This document shows positions 9,606-20,312 of a stretch of 64,000 nt of DNA, piece by piece. The stretch comes from Clostridia bacterium (lineage in GTDB: Bacteria > Bacillota > Clostridia > Christensenellales > UBA1242): positions 22,234-86,233 of the forward strand of contig JAZSJH010000005.1 in assembly GCA_045534265.1 (NCBI GenBank), read 5' to 3'. The translations under genes were made by a program, and so were the position numbers. A model generated the notes under the pieces. It ran no database searches and was not told where the DNA came from. It saw only the letters and a program-made list of their open reading frames with translations. Each line of letters opens with the position of its first letter. Position 1 is the stretch's first letter.

Positions 9606-10022
9606 ATGGAGTTTAGAAAGACAAAAACATTGACTATCGAAATAAAAAAAGAACAACAAGAAAATTTATCTTCTAAAAGCAAAATAGAAAAAATGTTAAA
9701 GCAAGATGATGTTATTGGATTTGATATTTATGACAACAACACTTTTTTGGGGTTTGCTATGCTCAAAGAGTGGGAAAAGGGTAAATTCTTTTTGTGGGAT
9801 TATCTCATTAAATACGAAATGCAAAATAAGGGATATGGAACTAAAGTTTTACTTGAGCTAATTGATTTGCTTAGGGTATACTATGATTGTAAGGTACTAA
9901 CAACAACATATAAATATGGTAATATTCCTGCTGAAAAGTTGTATAAAAAAGTAGGTTTTGTTGAGACTGATGTTGTTTGTGATGGAGATATTCACGAAGT
10001 AAATATGATATTAAACTTATAA
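9606..10022 (+). CDS. GNAT family N-acetyltransferase
   Basis: Acetyl-CoA motif A-like MQNKGYGTKVLLELI and C-terminal YKKVGF. Start taken at ATG 9606. Confidence 0.65.
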   Translation: MEFRKTKTLTIEIKKEQQENLSSKSKIEKMLKQDDVIGFDIYDNNTFLGFAMLKEWEKGKFFLWDYLIKYEMQNKGYGTKVLLELIDLLRVYYDCKVLTTTYKYGNIPAEKLYKKVGFVETDVVCDGDIHEVNMILNL

Positions 10023-10061
10023 TTGAAAACATAATACTGTTATAAAAGGAAAAATTTTTTT

Positions 10062-10607
10062 ATGGATTTTTATGATTTAGTTGTTTGTAGGCATAGCGAA
10101 AGAAAATTTGCTGAGAAGAAGGTAAAAAGAGAAGACATAGACAAAATAATAAATGCAGGACTTGCATCTCCTAGTGGTATGAACAGCCAGCCTTGGCATT
10201 TTACCGTTATTCAAAATAAAGATGTACAAGATAAACTTGTTAACGCATGCAAAACTAGCTTTATAGAAAGTGGCATAGAGTGGAGAAAAAACTGGACAAA
10301 ACTTGATAATTTCAATCCATTTTATAGCCCAGACACAATTATTGTAATAAGCCGAAAAGCTGCCGTGGAAAACTCAAACGAAGATTGTTGTTTTGCTATA
10401 CAAAACATGGTTTTGATGGCGGAGAGTTTAGGGCTATCTTCTTGTATAATAAGGGATATTTGCTGGGCGATAAATAAGCAAAACCAAAATGAATTTGGAA
10501 TCCCACAAGATTATGATTGTTTTATGTGTATATCTATAGGATATGCGTTAAACAAAAATAAAAAGCAAAAGACTTTTGACCTTAGCAAAGTTAACTTTTT
10601 AGAATAA
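10062..10607 (+). CDS. nitroreductase family protein
   Basis: N-terminal CRHSERKF and SPSGMNSQPWHFTVI, typical of the FMN nitroreductase fold. Confidence 0.8.
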   Translation: MDFYDLVVCRHSERKFAEKKVKREDIDKIINAGLASPSGMNSQPWHFTVIQNKDVQDKLVNACKTSFIESGIEWRKNWTKLDNFNPFYSPDTIIVISRKAAVENSNEDCCFAIQNMVLMAESLGLSSCIIRDICWAINKQNQNEFGIPQDYDCFMCISIGYALNKNKKQKTFDLSKVNFLE

Positions 10608-10610
10608 CCA

Positions 10611-10637
10611 AAGAGCCTTAAATTCGGCTCTTTTTTG
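10611..10637 (+). terminator. intrinsic terminator
   Basis: AAGAGCC-ttaaattc-GGCTCTT followed by TTTTT. Confidence 0.75.
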
Positions 10638-10706
10638 CTTATTTAATTGTTATAATATGATTTTTGTGTTAATATGTATTTGAATATCTTGTATAAGGAG
10701 TTTGTT

Positions 10707-11444
10707 ATGAAAGTTTATCAAATTGATTGCTCAAACTGCGGAGCAAGTCTTGACATAGAAGAAGGAAAAACAAGAGGTTTTTGTCAATATTGCGGAACAC
10801 CTTTTGTTGTTAATATGGAAAATCAAAATCCACCAGCTGCAGATAATAAACCTAAAACTCCAGAAGATGAATATCAAGCACTTATCAAAGCGGAAAGGGC
10901 TAGAAATTATCCAGAAGCTATACGCATATATGACGAAATGTTGTCAACATCTCCAGACAGATTTGATTTGCTTATAGGTAGAGCTTTTGCTATGATAGCA
11001 GAGTCAAAAGAAAACCTATTTAATTTAGACAAATTCAAAAATGCATTTACATATGCTTTGACCAAGACAAAAGGTGTAGACCCTATGGTTGTTCACATTG
11101 TTGTTTTGGACAAACTATGGTCTATCAAGCACTTTTTGCTAGAAAACACTCTAAAGATTGGTAGCAATAGCCCAGATTATATTTATAATTTGGTAGCTAT
11201 TAATGATCTTCAAATGTACATTAATAGTTTTGCTGCAACAGAAACATTTGCAAGCCCACATAAAACATATGTAACAAATTATAAAAACCTAAAAGAAGAC
11301 ATTAAGTTTATATCAGAAAGAATTCTTTTGCAAGCAAAGAGATTTAAGGGGGATTTTCCTTCTAAACAATATCTAAAGTATGTAGAAAACAACTTGGCAG
11401 AAGCCGAAAAAGAGCTTTCTGTTTTGAATAGAAAATATTATTAA
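10707..11444 (+). CDS. hypothetical protein with N-terminal zinc ribbon and helical (TPR-like) body
   Basis: CSNCGASLDIEEGKTRGFCQYCG (CxxC-N14-CxxC) right after the Met. AAGGAG RBS before ATG 10707. Confidence 0.6.
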   Translation: MKVYQIDCSNCGASLDIEEGKTRGFCQYCGTPFVVNMENQNPPAADNKPKTPEDEYQALIKAERARNYPEAIRIYDEMLSTSPDRFDLLIGRAFAMIAESKENLFNLDKFKNAFTYALTKTKGVDPMVVHIVVLDKLWSIKHFLLENTLKIGSNSPDYIYNLVAINDLQMYINSFAATETFASPHKTYVTNYKNLKEDIKFISERILLQAKRFKGDFPSKQYLKYVENNLAEAEKELSVLNRKYY

Positions 11445-11458
11445 AAGAGGTAACTAAT

Positions 11459-12517
11459 ATGCCAGTAGGGCCATCTCACCGTAGGGGCGGCGGAAGTAGC
11501 CGTTCTTCATCTAGATCTTCATCATCTAGGTCTAGTTCGTCTAGAAGTTATAGTTCTAGTCGTTCTAGAAGTTATAGTTCATCACGCAGCTATTCTTCTG
11601 GTCGCAGACATTATCACTATTATGATGACGATTATTATAGTGGTGACGGAATCACAATCTCTCCAAGGGGTTGGGCAATATTTGGAATTGTAATTGGCTT
11701 TATGGTGGTGCTTGCGTGTCTTTGTGCAGGTATCGGGATATTAGCAAATAATGTTCCTTACCATATCACAATGCGAAAAGACGCTCCACAGTATCAAGAA
11801 ATAATCGAAAGAGCTCACCGCGGAGAAGAAGGGTATTATGAAAAATACATAACAGACATTAAATGGTCTGGTTCTGGTAGTTCTGGCGGAGAGCCTACTT
11901 ATTATAGATTGTCTAGTGATAATGGAACTCCATATGACCATAATGATAATACCTATATAGAGGCATATTCTGAAGTGGTAAAAGATGGTGTTAACTATTA
12001 TTGGCTTGAGATATCTTTTTGGAGCGAAGAGGTTAATGAGAGAATATCTTGTATTACATATTCGCAATACCCAGAAGCCGCCGTTGCGGGACTTTCTTCA
12101 ATTCGCCTTGCTTATACAAAAGAATATGATAATGATGGTAGCTGGGACGTAATTAATTATAGTTACAACCTATCAAACAATGCAGATTATTGGTATACTG
12201 GCAAACAAATCACAACTGGAGTTATACTACTTGTAGTAGCATTAGGAGTTGGAGCTCTTATGGTTTGGTGTTGCACACTTGTACATAAAGCCGGCAAAAA
12301 GTCTGCCGCAACTACTCAAGCAACATCAACTCAAACAACACAGGAGCCATCTCTATTAACAAAACTTTTTGGCGAACAAACACCAAGCGAACAATCATCA
12401 ATAACTCAATTTAAGGTTTGTTCATACTGCGGAGCTCACGCAAAAATGGATGACGATAGTTGTAACTCTTGCGGTTCTAAAAAGTTTAGAAAAGCAAAAG
12501 ATAGCGACTTAGCTTAA
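11459..12517 (+). CDS. membrane protein with Ser/Arg-rich N-terminus, two TM helices and C-terminal zinc ribbon
   Basis: Residues 9-50 are almost only S/R/Y (SSRSSSRSSSSRSSSSRSYSSSRSRSYSSSRSYSSGRR). Hydrophobic helices WAIFGIVIGFMVVLACLCAGIGIL and VILLVVALGVGALMVWCCTLV. C-terminal CSYCG..N9..CNSCG. Confidence 0.65.
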   Translation: MPVGPSHRRGGGSSRSSSRSSSSRSSSSRSYSSSRSRSYSSSRSYSSGRRHYHYYDDDYYSGDGITISPRGWAIFGIVIGFMVVLACLCAGIGILANNVPYHITMRKDAPQYQEIIERAHRGEEGYYEKYITDIKWSGSGSSGGEPTYYRLSSDNGTPYDHNDNTYIEAYSEVVKDGVNYYWLEISFWSEEVNERISCITYSQYPEAAVAGLSSIRLAYTKEYDNDGSWDVINYSYNLSNNADYWYTGKQITTGVILLVVALGVGALMVWCCTLVHKAGKKSAATTQATSTQTTQEPSLLTKLFGEQTPSEQSSITQFKVCSYCGAHAKMDDDSCNSCGSKKFRKAKDSDLA

Positions 12518-12528
12518 ATATAAAAAGG

Positions 12529-12551
12529 CAGGCTTTAGGGCCTGTTTTTTT
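12529..12551 (+). terminator. intrinsic terminator
   Basis: CAGGC-tttagg-GCCTG followed by a T7 run. Confidence 0.7.
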
Positions 12552-12730
12552 GTTGTCTTGCTAGCATAAAGTTTGTCTTATATAAGCAGAATTGTAAGTT
12601 TTGCTGTTTTAATATATATGTATTTTCACAATTAATGGCGGTTTTCCATAAAATGTATAGTAAAGGCAAAAAGAAACTATAGTTTGTTGTGGTTTAGTTT
12701 TTGTTTCTTTTTGGGCTTTTGAGGAGTGTT

Positions 12731-13981
12731 ATGGAAAAGTTTTTGATAAAAGGCGGGAACAAACTCTCTGGAGAGATTAATGTTCCGTGTGCAAAAAATT
12801 CTTACCTTGCTATACTTGCTGGGTGTATGCTGTCCAGCGGCAAGGTGGTTTTACATAAATGTCCTAAGTTTAGTGATGTTACAAAAATGCTTGAGATTTT
12901 GAAAGTTTTGGGGTGTGATATATCTTTTGTAGGGGATAGTGTTGTAATAGATGCAAAATACGCAAATAATCACGAAGTTCCCAAAGCTTTAGCTCAAGAG
13001 ATTAGGTCGTCTATATTTCTTCTAGGTGCAATTGTTGGTAGGCTTAAAAAAGCTAGAGTTTGCTATCCGGGTGGGTGCGAAATAGGGGCAAGGCCTATTG
13101 ATTTGCATTTGAAAGGGCTTCAAAGCATAGGCGTTAAGATAAAAGAACGTCACGGGTTTATAGATTGTGATGGAAGCGGACTTTGTGGCGGAGTTGTCCA
13201 TCTTGACTATCCTAGTGTTGGGGCGACCGAAAATATTATGATGGCGGGAGTTTTTGCAAAGGGCACAACTATTATATATAACCCAGCCAAAGAGCCGGAA
13301 ATTGTAGATTTACAAGACTTTATTAACAGTATGGGTGGTAAAGTTTATGGCGCGGGCAGTGATGTTATTACAATAATAGGGGTAGAAAAGCTTGGAGATA
13401 CCGAATTTACCCCAATATCCGACAGAATTATTGCCGGTACATATTTGCTTGCGGGGGCAATTTGTGGGGGAGACATCACCTTAAATAATGTAAATATAGA
13501 ACATAATTTGGCACTTATAACAAAACTTAAAAATAGTACTTGCAAAATATACTGCAATGATGCTAAAATAAGATTAGTAAGTGATAGTCTGCCATTGTCT
13601 TTTGGCAATGTTGAAACTATGCCTTACCCTGGCTTTCCTACGGATTTGCAGGCGCAAACAATGGCTCTGCAAACAGTGAGTAAAGGTACTTGTATTTTTA
13701 CCGAAAATCTATTTGAGATGAGATACAAGCACGTACCTGAACTTATCAAGATGGGAGCTAAAATCAAAATTAAAGACAGGGTAGCTATAGTTGACGGAGT
13801 AGATAGACTTTATGGAGCAGAAGTAAATTGCTACGACCTAAGGGGCGGGGCAGCACTTACGTTGGCGGGGCTTGTGGCTGATGGCTACACAACGCTAAAT
13901 GATATAAGACATATAGATAGAGGATACTACAAGTTAGAAGAAGCTCTATCTAGTCTAGGAGCAGACATAAAAAGGTTATAA
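12731..13981 (+). CDS. murA: UDP-N-acetylglucosamine 1-carboxyvinyltransferase
   Basis: MEKFLIKGGNKLSGEI N-terminus and active-site Cys loop PGGCEIGARPIDLHLKGL. GAGGAG RBS before ATG 12731. Confidence 0.92.
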   Translation: MEKFLIKGGNKLSGEINVPCAKNSYLAILAGCMLSSGKVVLHKCPKFSDVTKMLEILKVLGCDISFVGDSVVIDAKYANNHEVPKALAQEIRSSIFLLGAIVGRLKKARVCYPGGCEIGARPIDLHLKGLQSIGVKIKERHGFIDCDGSGLCGGVVHLDYPSVGATENIMMAGVFAKGTTIIYNPAKEPEIVDLQDFINSMGGKVYGAGSDVITIIGVEKLGDTEFTPISDRIIAGTYLLAGAICGGDITLNNVNIEHNLALITKLKNSTCKIYCNDAKIRLVSDSLPLSFGNVETMPYPGFPTDLQAQTMALQTVSKGTCIFTENLFEMRYKHVPELIKMGAKIKIKDRVAIVDGVDRLYGAEVNCYDLRGGAALTLAGLVADGYTTLNDIRHIDRGYYKLEEALSSLGADIKRL

Positions 13982-13994
13982 GGAAATAGCGCTT

Positions 13995-14882
13995 ATGAAG
14001 AAAAAAAGACTATTAAAATTGTTTATAGCCCTAACCGTTGTCGTAATGGTAGTTGTTTTGTCTTCTACTGTGTTTACGCTTAAAAACGTAGAATTATGTT
14101 TTTATGATAGCAGTAACAACCTGATAGAAGACTATGGTCAACTAGATTATTTTGGTGACGAAGATGTTCAGGACATTATCGATAGTGGTGATTTTGGTTT
14201 TGGCAAGAGCATATTCTTCTTGCAAAGACAAGACAATATCGATCGTATCGAAAAGGAACATCCTTTTATCAAGGTAATAGGCATTAGTGCGACATTCCCT
14301 GATGGGTTCAAAATCAAAGCTGTGGAAAGAAAACCTATGTACAGCATTTATCTTTCTACGGGCAGATATGCAATCTGCGACAGCGAGCTAAAGGTTTTGG
14401 AAATAAAAGAAACAATTAACACTTATGATTATATAACACTTATAAATCTTGGCATTGACAACCAAGAGCCAGGCAACTTTATTACTGGTGATAAAGATAT
14501 GGAAAGACTTGCAAAGCTAGGTGGTGAGTTTTCTGCAAACAGATACACAAGACTTAGTTCAATCAAATATTTCCAAAGTATAAGAATGTACGAAAGCTAC
14601 AAAACTAACGATAGAACAAGCAAGTGTACTTGGCTATCTATTCAAACAAGAGCGACAGATAGAGATGGTTCACAATGCGCTGGCGTTAGAATTGATATTG
14701 AAAACATAGCAACTAACTTTGAAGAAAAGGTTAATAAAGCTTTGAGCATATTTAACACATATTTTAATTCAACAGATACATCTGTTCATTCACAAATCCT
14801 TCACGGAACAATCAAGGTATATGACAATTGTACCGGAACTTGGGTTCAAGAAATAGAAAGAATAGATGAAGAATTAGAATAA
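13995..14882 (+). CDS. ftsQ: cell division protein FtsQ/DivIB-like (POTRA)
   Basis: Single N-terminal TM helix. POTRA-like segment IKVIGISATFPDGFKIKAVERKPM. Located immediately upstream of ftsA-ftsZ. Confidence 0.6.
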   Translation: MKKKRLLKLFIALTVVVMVVVLSSTVFTLKNVELCFYDSSNNLIEDYGQLDYFGDEDVQDIIDSGDFGFGKSIFFLQRQDNIDRIEKEHPFIKVIGISATFPDGFKIKAVERKPMYSIYLSTGRYAICDSELKVLEIKETINTYDYITLINLGIDNQEPGNFITGDKDMERLAKLGGEFSANRYTRLSSIKYFQSIRMYESYKTNDRTSKCTWLSIQTRATDRDGSQCAGVRIDIENIATNFEEKVNKALSIFNTYFNSTDTSVHSQILHGTIKVYDNCTGTWVQEIERIDEELE

Positions 14883-14891
14883 AAAATACAA

Positions 14892-14921
14892 ATAGGGCGA
14901 TATTTTAGCCCTATTTTTTTG
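14892..14921 (+). terminator. intrinsic terminator
   Basis: TAGGGC-gatattttA-GCCCTA followed by a T-run. Confidence 0.7.
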
Positions 14922-15015
14922 TTTTTTGTGCCAAAAATATTTTTTAGATAAGATGTCAAAAAGGTTTGACTGAAAATGTTACAAATATTATAATATAAAT
15001 ATATATTATTATTAG

Positions 15016-16200
15016 GTGGTCAAATTGGCAAAAAAAGATGTTGCGATTTTAGATTTTGGCTCTGAAAAAATATCTGTAATTATTGGTTGTTCAGATGTCA
15101 ACAATACTTTTGCTATTAAAGGCGTAGGAGAGTGCGAATACGCAGGTTTTATGGACGGGAGCTTTTTGGAACCAAATAACCTAAAACTTGCTATGGGGCT
15201 TGCAATTAACAATGCAGAGCTAAACTCAAAGACGGATATAAAAGAGCTTTATATCGGTGTGCCTACGGAGTTTTCTTTGTGTGTATGCGCTACCGCAAGT
15301 CAAACTTATCCTAGAGCAAAAACAGTAAATCAAAACGATATTAATGAGCTTTTTGTTATTGGCAATCAAAACTTTGTTAATCAAAAAACTCACAGCGTAA
15401 TAAATCAATCTGCGGTTTATTATGTACTAGATGACAATGGCAAAGTAACTAATCCTTTGGGGCTTGTTACAAATAAAATAACTGCTTGTATGTCGTTTAT
15501 TTTGGCAGAAAAAAGTTTTATAAAATTAATCGATAGTTTCCTTGTTGATTTGGAAATCACAAGAGCAACATATATCTCATCAGCCTTAGCTGAAGCAAAA
15601 TATTTGTTTGACGAAGAAACAAGAGATAGATATGCTTTACTTGTTGACTGCGGATATATCACAACAACAGTTGCTTTGGTTAGGGGAGACGGTATACTTT
15701 CACTTAATAGTTTTTCTATGGGTGGCGGACACATAACAGCTGACCTTATGGAATGTTTGAAAATTACCTTCCAACAAGCCGAATCTTTGAAGAGAAAAGT
15801 AGTTCTTTCTATTGATCCTGAAAAAGATGATGTTTATGAAGTTACAACCGATAATGGTGTACTTCCTATATCAGCAAAAATGGCAGGTGAGATAGTAGAG
15901 TGTAGAATAGAAGAGATTGCAAAGAATATTCTAAAATGCCTGCACGCTTGCAAGTATGAATATCCACATTATATACCGGTATCACTTACGGGCGGTGGAC
16001 TTTGTTATTTGAAAGGTGCAAAAGATTTGCTTGCAAAATACTTGGGCAAAAATGTTGAGATTGTAGTTCCACCTATACCTCAACTAAACAAGCCTCACAA
16101 TTCTTCAAGCATAGGGCTTTTGGACATAGCAATAAAACAAGAAGCATTGAGAAAACCAAAAGGTTTCTTTGCAAAACTTAAAGCATTTATAAACAGATAA
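15016..16200 (+). CDS. ftsA: cell division protein FtsA
   Basis: Actin-fold motifs [28 protein letters not shown] and SLTGGG. Directly upstream of ftsZ. Start is GTG 15016 or TTG 15025, after AGGTGG. Confidence 0.88.
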   Translation: MVKLAKKDVAILDFGSEKISVIIGCSDVNNTFAIKGVGECEYAGFMDGSFLEPNNLKLAMGLAINNAELNSKTDIKELYIGVPTEFSLCVCATASQTYPRAKTVNQNDINELFVIGNQNFVNQKTHSVINQSAVYYVLDDNGKVTNPLGLVTNKITACMSFILAEKSFIKLIDSFLVDLEITRATYISSALAEAKYLFDEETRDRYALLVDCGYITTTVALVRGDGILSLNSFSMGGGHITADLMECLKITFQQAESLKRKVVLSIDPEKDDVYEVTTDNGVLPISAKMAGEIVECRIEEIAKNILKCLHACKYEYPHYIPVSLTGGGLCYLKGAKDLLAKYLGKNVEIVVPPIPQLNKPHNSSSIGLLDIAIKQEALRKPKGFFAKLKAFINR

Positions 16201-16219
16201 AAATAGGAGACAGAAAATT

Positions 16220-17380
16220 ATGAATAATAACATTGGACAAGTAGTAAAAATTTTGGTTATCGGTATCGGTGGTGGCGGTAACAACGCAGTTAACAGAATG
16301 GTTGCGGCAAACATCACTTCAGCTGAATTTGTTGCAGTAAACACAGACAAACAAGCTCTTCTTATGAGCAAAGCAACTCACAGAGTTCAAATCGGTGAAA
16401 AATTAACAAAAGGTCTTGGCGCTGGTGCAGAGCCAGAAGTTGGTGCAAAAGCTGCCGAAGAGAGTAAACAAGTATTGACAGAAATGCTTAGAGATTGCGA
16501 CCTTGCATTTATCACTGCTGGTATGGGTGGCGGAACTGGTACAGGTGCTGCTCCAGTTGTTGCTCAAATTGCAAAAGAACTTGGCATTTTGACAATTGCG
16601 GTTGTAACAAAACCATTTAACTTTGAAGGCAAAAAGAGAATGGACAATGCCGAAAAGGGTATTGCCGAACTTAGAAAATATGTTGACACACTTGTTATTA
16701 TTCCTAATGACAAACTTCTTCGTATCGTACCAAAAGGTACTCCTATTGTAGAAGCATTTAGATGTGCAGATGATGTATTAAGACAAGGTATCCAAGGTAT
16801 CTCTGACCTTATCGTTGTACCAAGCCTTATCAACCTAGACTTTGCTGACGTAAAATCTATTATGAAAAACAAAGGCCTTGCTCATATGGGTATTGGTCGT
16901 GGCAAAGGCGAAAACAAAACAATCGAAGCTGTAAGACAAGCTGTTCAAAGTCCACTTCTTGAAACAACTATCGAAGGCGCTACTGGTATCCTTCTTAACG
17001 TAAAAGGTGGATTGGATCTTCCTATTGACGAAGTTGACGAAGCTGCAGCTCTTGTTAAAGAAGTTGTTGACCCTAACTGTAATATTATCTTCGGTGCTGG
17101 TATTGACGAAGCACTTTCTAACGAAGTAGAAATCACTGTTATTGCAACAGGCTTTAGTGGTAAAGATGGCGGCAAAGAACCTCAAAGAGACTTGAAAGAT
17201 ATTATGAAGACTCAAGAGCCAAAACAAGAACCTGCTGATGACAAACTAAAAGACTATGAAGCAAGACTAAACTCAACTTCTACTGCAAAACAAGAACCAG
17301 AAGTTGTTTCAAACACTTCTCGTATCAAAGTGGATGATTCTAATATCCCACCATTCCTTAGAAGACTTCAAAACAAATAA
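16220..17380 (+). CDS. ftsZ: cell division GTPase FtsZ
   Basis: [13 protein letters not shown] and the tubulin signature [14 protein letters not shown]-terminal conserved peptide [11 protein letters not shown]. Confidence 0.97.
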   Translation: MNNNIGQVVKILVIGIGGGGNNAVNRMVAANITSAEFVAVNTDKQALLMSKATHRVQIGEKLTKGLGAGAEPEVGAKAAEESKQVLTEMLRDCDLAFITAGMGGGTGTGAAPVVAQIAKELGILTIAVVTKPFNFEGKKRMDNAEKGIAELRKYVDTLVIIPNDKLLRIVPKGTPIVEAFRCADDVLRQGIQGISDLIVVPSLINLDFADVKSIMKNKGLAHMGIGRGKGENKTIEAVRQAVQSPLLETTIEGATGILLNVKGGLDLPIDEVDEAAALVKEVVDPNCNIIFGAGIDEALSNEVEITVIATGFSGKDGGKEPQRDLKDIMKTQEPKQEPADDKLKDYEARLNSTSTAKQEPEVVSNTSRIKVDDSNIPPFLRRLQNK

Positions 17381-17404
17381 CACAAAAAAACAAATAAAAC
17401 TCAA

Positions 17405-17440
17405 AAAGGACAAGTTATTTCAAAACTTGTTCTTTTTTAT
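17405..17440 (+). terminator. intrinsic terminator after ftsZ
   Basis: ACAAGTT-atttcaa-AACTTGT followed by a T-run. Confidence 0.7.
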
Positions 17441-17477
17441 TTTTTGAGATTTTTACAAGCCTTATTACAATAAATGT

Positions 17478-18260
17478 ATGACTATATATGTAGAAGATTT
17501 GTTTTTTGAAAATTTCATAATATTTCTTTCTATGGCATTTTTTACAACAAGCTTACTTGGCAAAAAAGAAAAGTTTGTAAAAGCTGTTTTTGCCTCAATT
17601 TTTGCTGCCTGTTTTGAGTGTGCGGGTGTTATGGTGGGGCTGGGAAAATACGGGCATATGATGTTGCTTGCATTTAATGTCGGGCTTGTTATTTTGATGT
17701 CGCAAAAGGGGACAAAAAGTATTTTTGTTTCTATAATTATTAGTTTTGCATATCTTTTTGTTATAGACGGGCTAAGGGGGCTTTTGGCAAAGTACATAAA
17801 TATATCTTGCTGGATTAAAATTTTTGGGCTTGTTTATGTCTTGCTTATGTTCAAGTTAATAAAGCATTTTTATAACATCAAAAAACACAAAAAATTTGAG
17901 TACAAAGTTAATTTCTATAATGGTCAAAATGTTTTTTCGACAATAGCTTATCTTGATAGTGGTAACTTTTTGCAAGATAATATTTCGCAAAAGCCCGTTG
18001 TGATAATAGATTATAATGCGTTTTTGCATATATCAGGGGTTTCTTTTGATGATTTTTTGCATGGAAAATATGATTTGAAAAATTCGCATTATATAGACTA
18101 CTCAACAATAAGCGGAAATAAAAAGATGCTTGTGTTTGAGATAGACTATATAGAAATTGATGGCAAAAGGGTAGATTGCCTTTTGGGGCTTAATTTGAAC
18201 GGCTTTGAAAATGGATATTCTGCACTTTTGGGAGTTCAGGTTTTGGGGGATATGATATGA
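17478..18260 (+). CDS. spoIIGA: sigma-E processing peptidase SpoIIGA
   Basis: N-terminal multi-TM region plus the aspartic protease motif YLDSGN. Its stop overlaps the sigE start (ATGA). Confidence 0.8.
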   Translation: MTIYVEDLFFENFIIFLSMAFFTTSLLGKKEKFVKAVFASIFAACFECAGVMVGLGKYGHMMLLAFNVGLVILMSQKGTKSIFVSIIISFAYLFVIDGLRGLLAKYINISCWIKIFGLVYVLLMFKLIKHFYNIKKHKKFEYKVNFYNGQNVFSTIAYLDSGNFLQDNISQKPVVIIDYNAFLHISGVSFDDFLHGKYDLKNSHYIDYSTISGNKKMLVFEIDYIEIDGKRVDCLLGLNLNGFENGYSALLGVQVLGDMI

Positions 18261-18979
18261 AAATTTTGTCAAAGTTAATTTTATTTTTGAAAGGTATTTT
18301 TGCAAGGGATTTTTTTAGTGCCCGCAAAAAATTAGTTGCATATATCTGTGGGACAGAAGTTTTGCCAGAGCCTATGACAGCTGTCGAAGAAGCTGAGTAT
18401 TTGGTTAAGGCAAGTCAAGGTGATGAAAGTGCAAAAAGCGTACTTATCGAAAGAAACTTGCGGCTTGTTATTTACATAGCAAAAAAATTTGAAAATACAG
18501 GCGTTGAGCTAGAAGACCTTGTGTCAATTGGTTCTATTGGTCTTATCAAAGCGGTTTCGACTTTTAATTACGAAAAAAATATTAAGCTTGCAACTTATGC
18601 TTCAAGATGTATCGAAAATGAGATTTTGATGCATTTGCGAAAAGTAACTAAGCAAAAGCTTGAAGTAAGTTTAGACGAGCCTCTTAACTATGATAAAGAC
18701 GGAAACGAACTTTTGCTTGCGGATATTTTGGTAGCAGATGGAGAGTCTGTTTCAAAAAATATGGAATTGTCAGCCGAAAAGCAACTTCTTCTGCAAGCAA
18801 TATCTAGGCTAAATAGTAGAGAGCAGACTATAATGACTCTAAGATTTGGGCTAAATGGTAAAGATGAACTAACTCAAAAGCAAGTGGCTGACGCTATGGG
18901 GATATCTCAAAGCTATATTTCACGTATAGAAAAAAAGATACTTCTAAGGCTGAAAAAAGAAATAAGTAAAGTTTCATAA
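18257..18979 (+). CDS. sigE: sporulation sigma factor SigE (pro-sigma-E)
   Basis: Pro-sequence followed by [13 protein letters not shown] (compare B. subtilis YYIGGSEALPPPL). Sigma-70 regions 2 and 4 ([20 protein letters not shown]). Follows spoIIGA. Confidence 0.9.
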   Translation: MKILSKLILFLKGIFARDFFSARKKLVAYICGTEVLPEPMTAVEEAEYLVKASQGDESAKSVLIERNLRLVIYIAKKFENTGVELEDLVSIGSIGLIKAVSTFNYEKNIKLATYASRCIENEILMHLRKVTKQKLEVSLDEPLNYDKDGNELLLADILVADGESVSKNMELSAEKQLLLQAISRLNSREQTIMTLRFGLNGKDELTQKQVADAMGISQSYISRIEKKILLRLKKEISKVS

Positions 18980-19042
18980 CAAAATGTATATTTTTGTCTT
19001 ATTTTGAGCAACATATTACAAAAATGTGTTTGAGGAAATAAG

Positions 19043-19807
19043 ATGAAAAGAGTTGTTATTTGTGGAGTGAATACTGAAAATTTGCCCAATATCAAAGGTG
19101 ACGAAATGGCACGGCTTATGACTAGATTAAAAAAAGGAGATATGGAAGCAAGGAACCTTTTTATACATGGAAATATGCGGCTTGTGCTTAGTATTGTGGG
19201 GAGATTTTCTACAAACAAAGACAATATTGATGATATATTCCAAGTTGGTTGTGTGGGTCTTATGAAGGCTATGGATAATTTTGATGAAGGTTTTAATGTC
19301 AAATTTTCAACTTATGCTGTGCCAATGATTATTGGGGAGATAAGGAGATATATAAGAGAAGGAACTTGCGTTAGGGTATCTAGAAGTTTGAGAGATATTG
19401 CATACAAGGTTTTGCTTTCAAGACAAAAGTTTGATAAAGAAGGTGTAGACCCTAGCTTAGAAGATATATCAAAAGACCTGGATCTTCCGCTAACAGATGT
19501 TTTATGCGCGCTAGATGCTATAGCGGACCCGGTGAGCTTATATGAACCTGTATATAATGACGGCATAGACACCGTGCTTGTTATGGAACAGCTAAGTAAT
19601 AACAAGGACACTAGTGATGAAATGCTAGAAAATTTTGCATTAAAAGAAGCTATGCAAAAACTAGGCGATAGAGAAAGAGAAATACTGCATTTGAGATACT
19701 TTTTGGGCAAGACACAAACTGAGATTTCGGAAAGCGTAGGCATAAGCCAAGCACAAGTAAGTAGGCTTGAAAAAAACGCCCTGCAAGAACTAAAAAAATC
19801 TTTGTAA
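19043..19807 (+). CDS. sigG: sporulation sigma factor SigG
   Basis: VICGVNTENLPNIKGDEM..GNMRLVLSIVGRF matches the SigG N-terminus. Region 4 is QTEISESVGISQAQVSRLEK. Order is spoIIGA-sigE-sigG. Confidence 0.9.
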   Translation: MKRVVICGVNTENLPNIKGDEMARLMTRLKKGDMEARNLFIHGNMRLVLSIVGRFSTNKDNIDDIFQVGCVGLMKAMDNFDEGFNVKFSTYAVPMIIGEIRRYIREGTCVRVSRSLRDIAYKVLLSRQKFDKEGVDPSLEDISKDLDLPLTDVLCALDAIADPVSLYEPVYNDGIDTVLVMEQLSNNKDTSDEMLENFALKEAMQKLGDREREILHLRYFLGKTQTEISESVGISQAQVSRLEKNALQELKKSL

Positions 19808-19856
19808 TTTTTTTGCTACTTTTGTCATATTATGTAACAAAGGAGCAAACTTTTTT

Positions 19857-20249
19857 ATGGAATCTTCTTTTTTGGAGCTTAGATGCAAAGAAGTAATTAA
19901 TATTGTAGACGGAAAACTCTTGGGGCATATTATTGATATGGTTGTTGACTTAAAAACTAGCTGTGTCAAAGGACTTGTTGTTCCTATGTCAAAGGGTATG
20001 TTTAGTTTTTTTAAGCAACAGCAAGAGATTTTTATCCCGTACAAAAATATTTGCAAAATAGGCGAAGATGTTATTTTAGTTGAGCTTTACAATCTTCCGC
20101 AAGTAAAAAAGAGCAAAAAAGTAAATGCTCTAAAGGTTAATGATACAAAGCAAGAAAGAGAAGAAAACCAACTAGAGCCAATAACTCCTAATGAAGTTGA
20201 AAGCAAAAATCTAAAAAGCAAATTAGACAAACAAAATTTTGATTTATAA
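19857..20249 (+). CDS. YlmC/YmxH family (PRC-barrel) sporulation protein
   Basis: LRCKEVINIVDGKLLGHIIDMVVDLKTSCVKGLVVP is the characteristic YlmC/YmxH N-terminal block. Confidence 0.7.
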   Translation: MESSFLELRCKEVINIVDGKLLGHIIDMVVDLKTSCVKGLVVPMSKGMFSFFKQQQEIFIPYKNICKIGEDVILVELYNLPQVKKSKKVNALKVNDTKQEREENQLEPITPNEVESKNLKSKLDKQNFDL

Positions 20250-20312
20250 CTTAGTCAAAAATAATTTACGGCGACCAAAATAAATGCTATACTTTTTGTA
20301 GGAGAAAAACTT

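Noticed and set aside
18980-19042. Possible sigma-F/G promoter upstream of sigG (GTATA ... CATATTA)
   Set aside because: The spacing between the two elements is about 21 nt, longer than the ~17-18 nt I recall for forespore promoters. I could not support the call.
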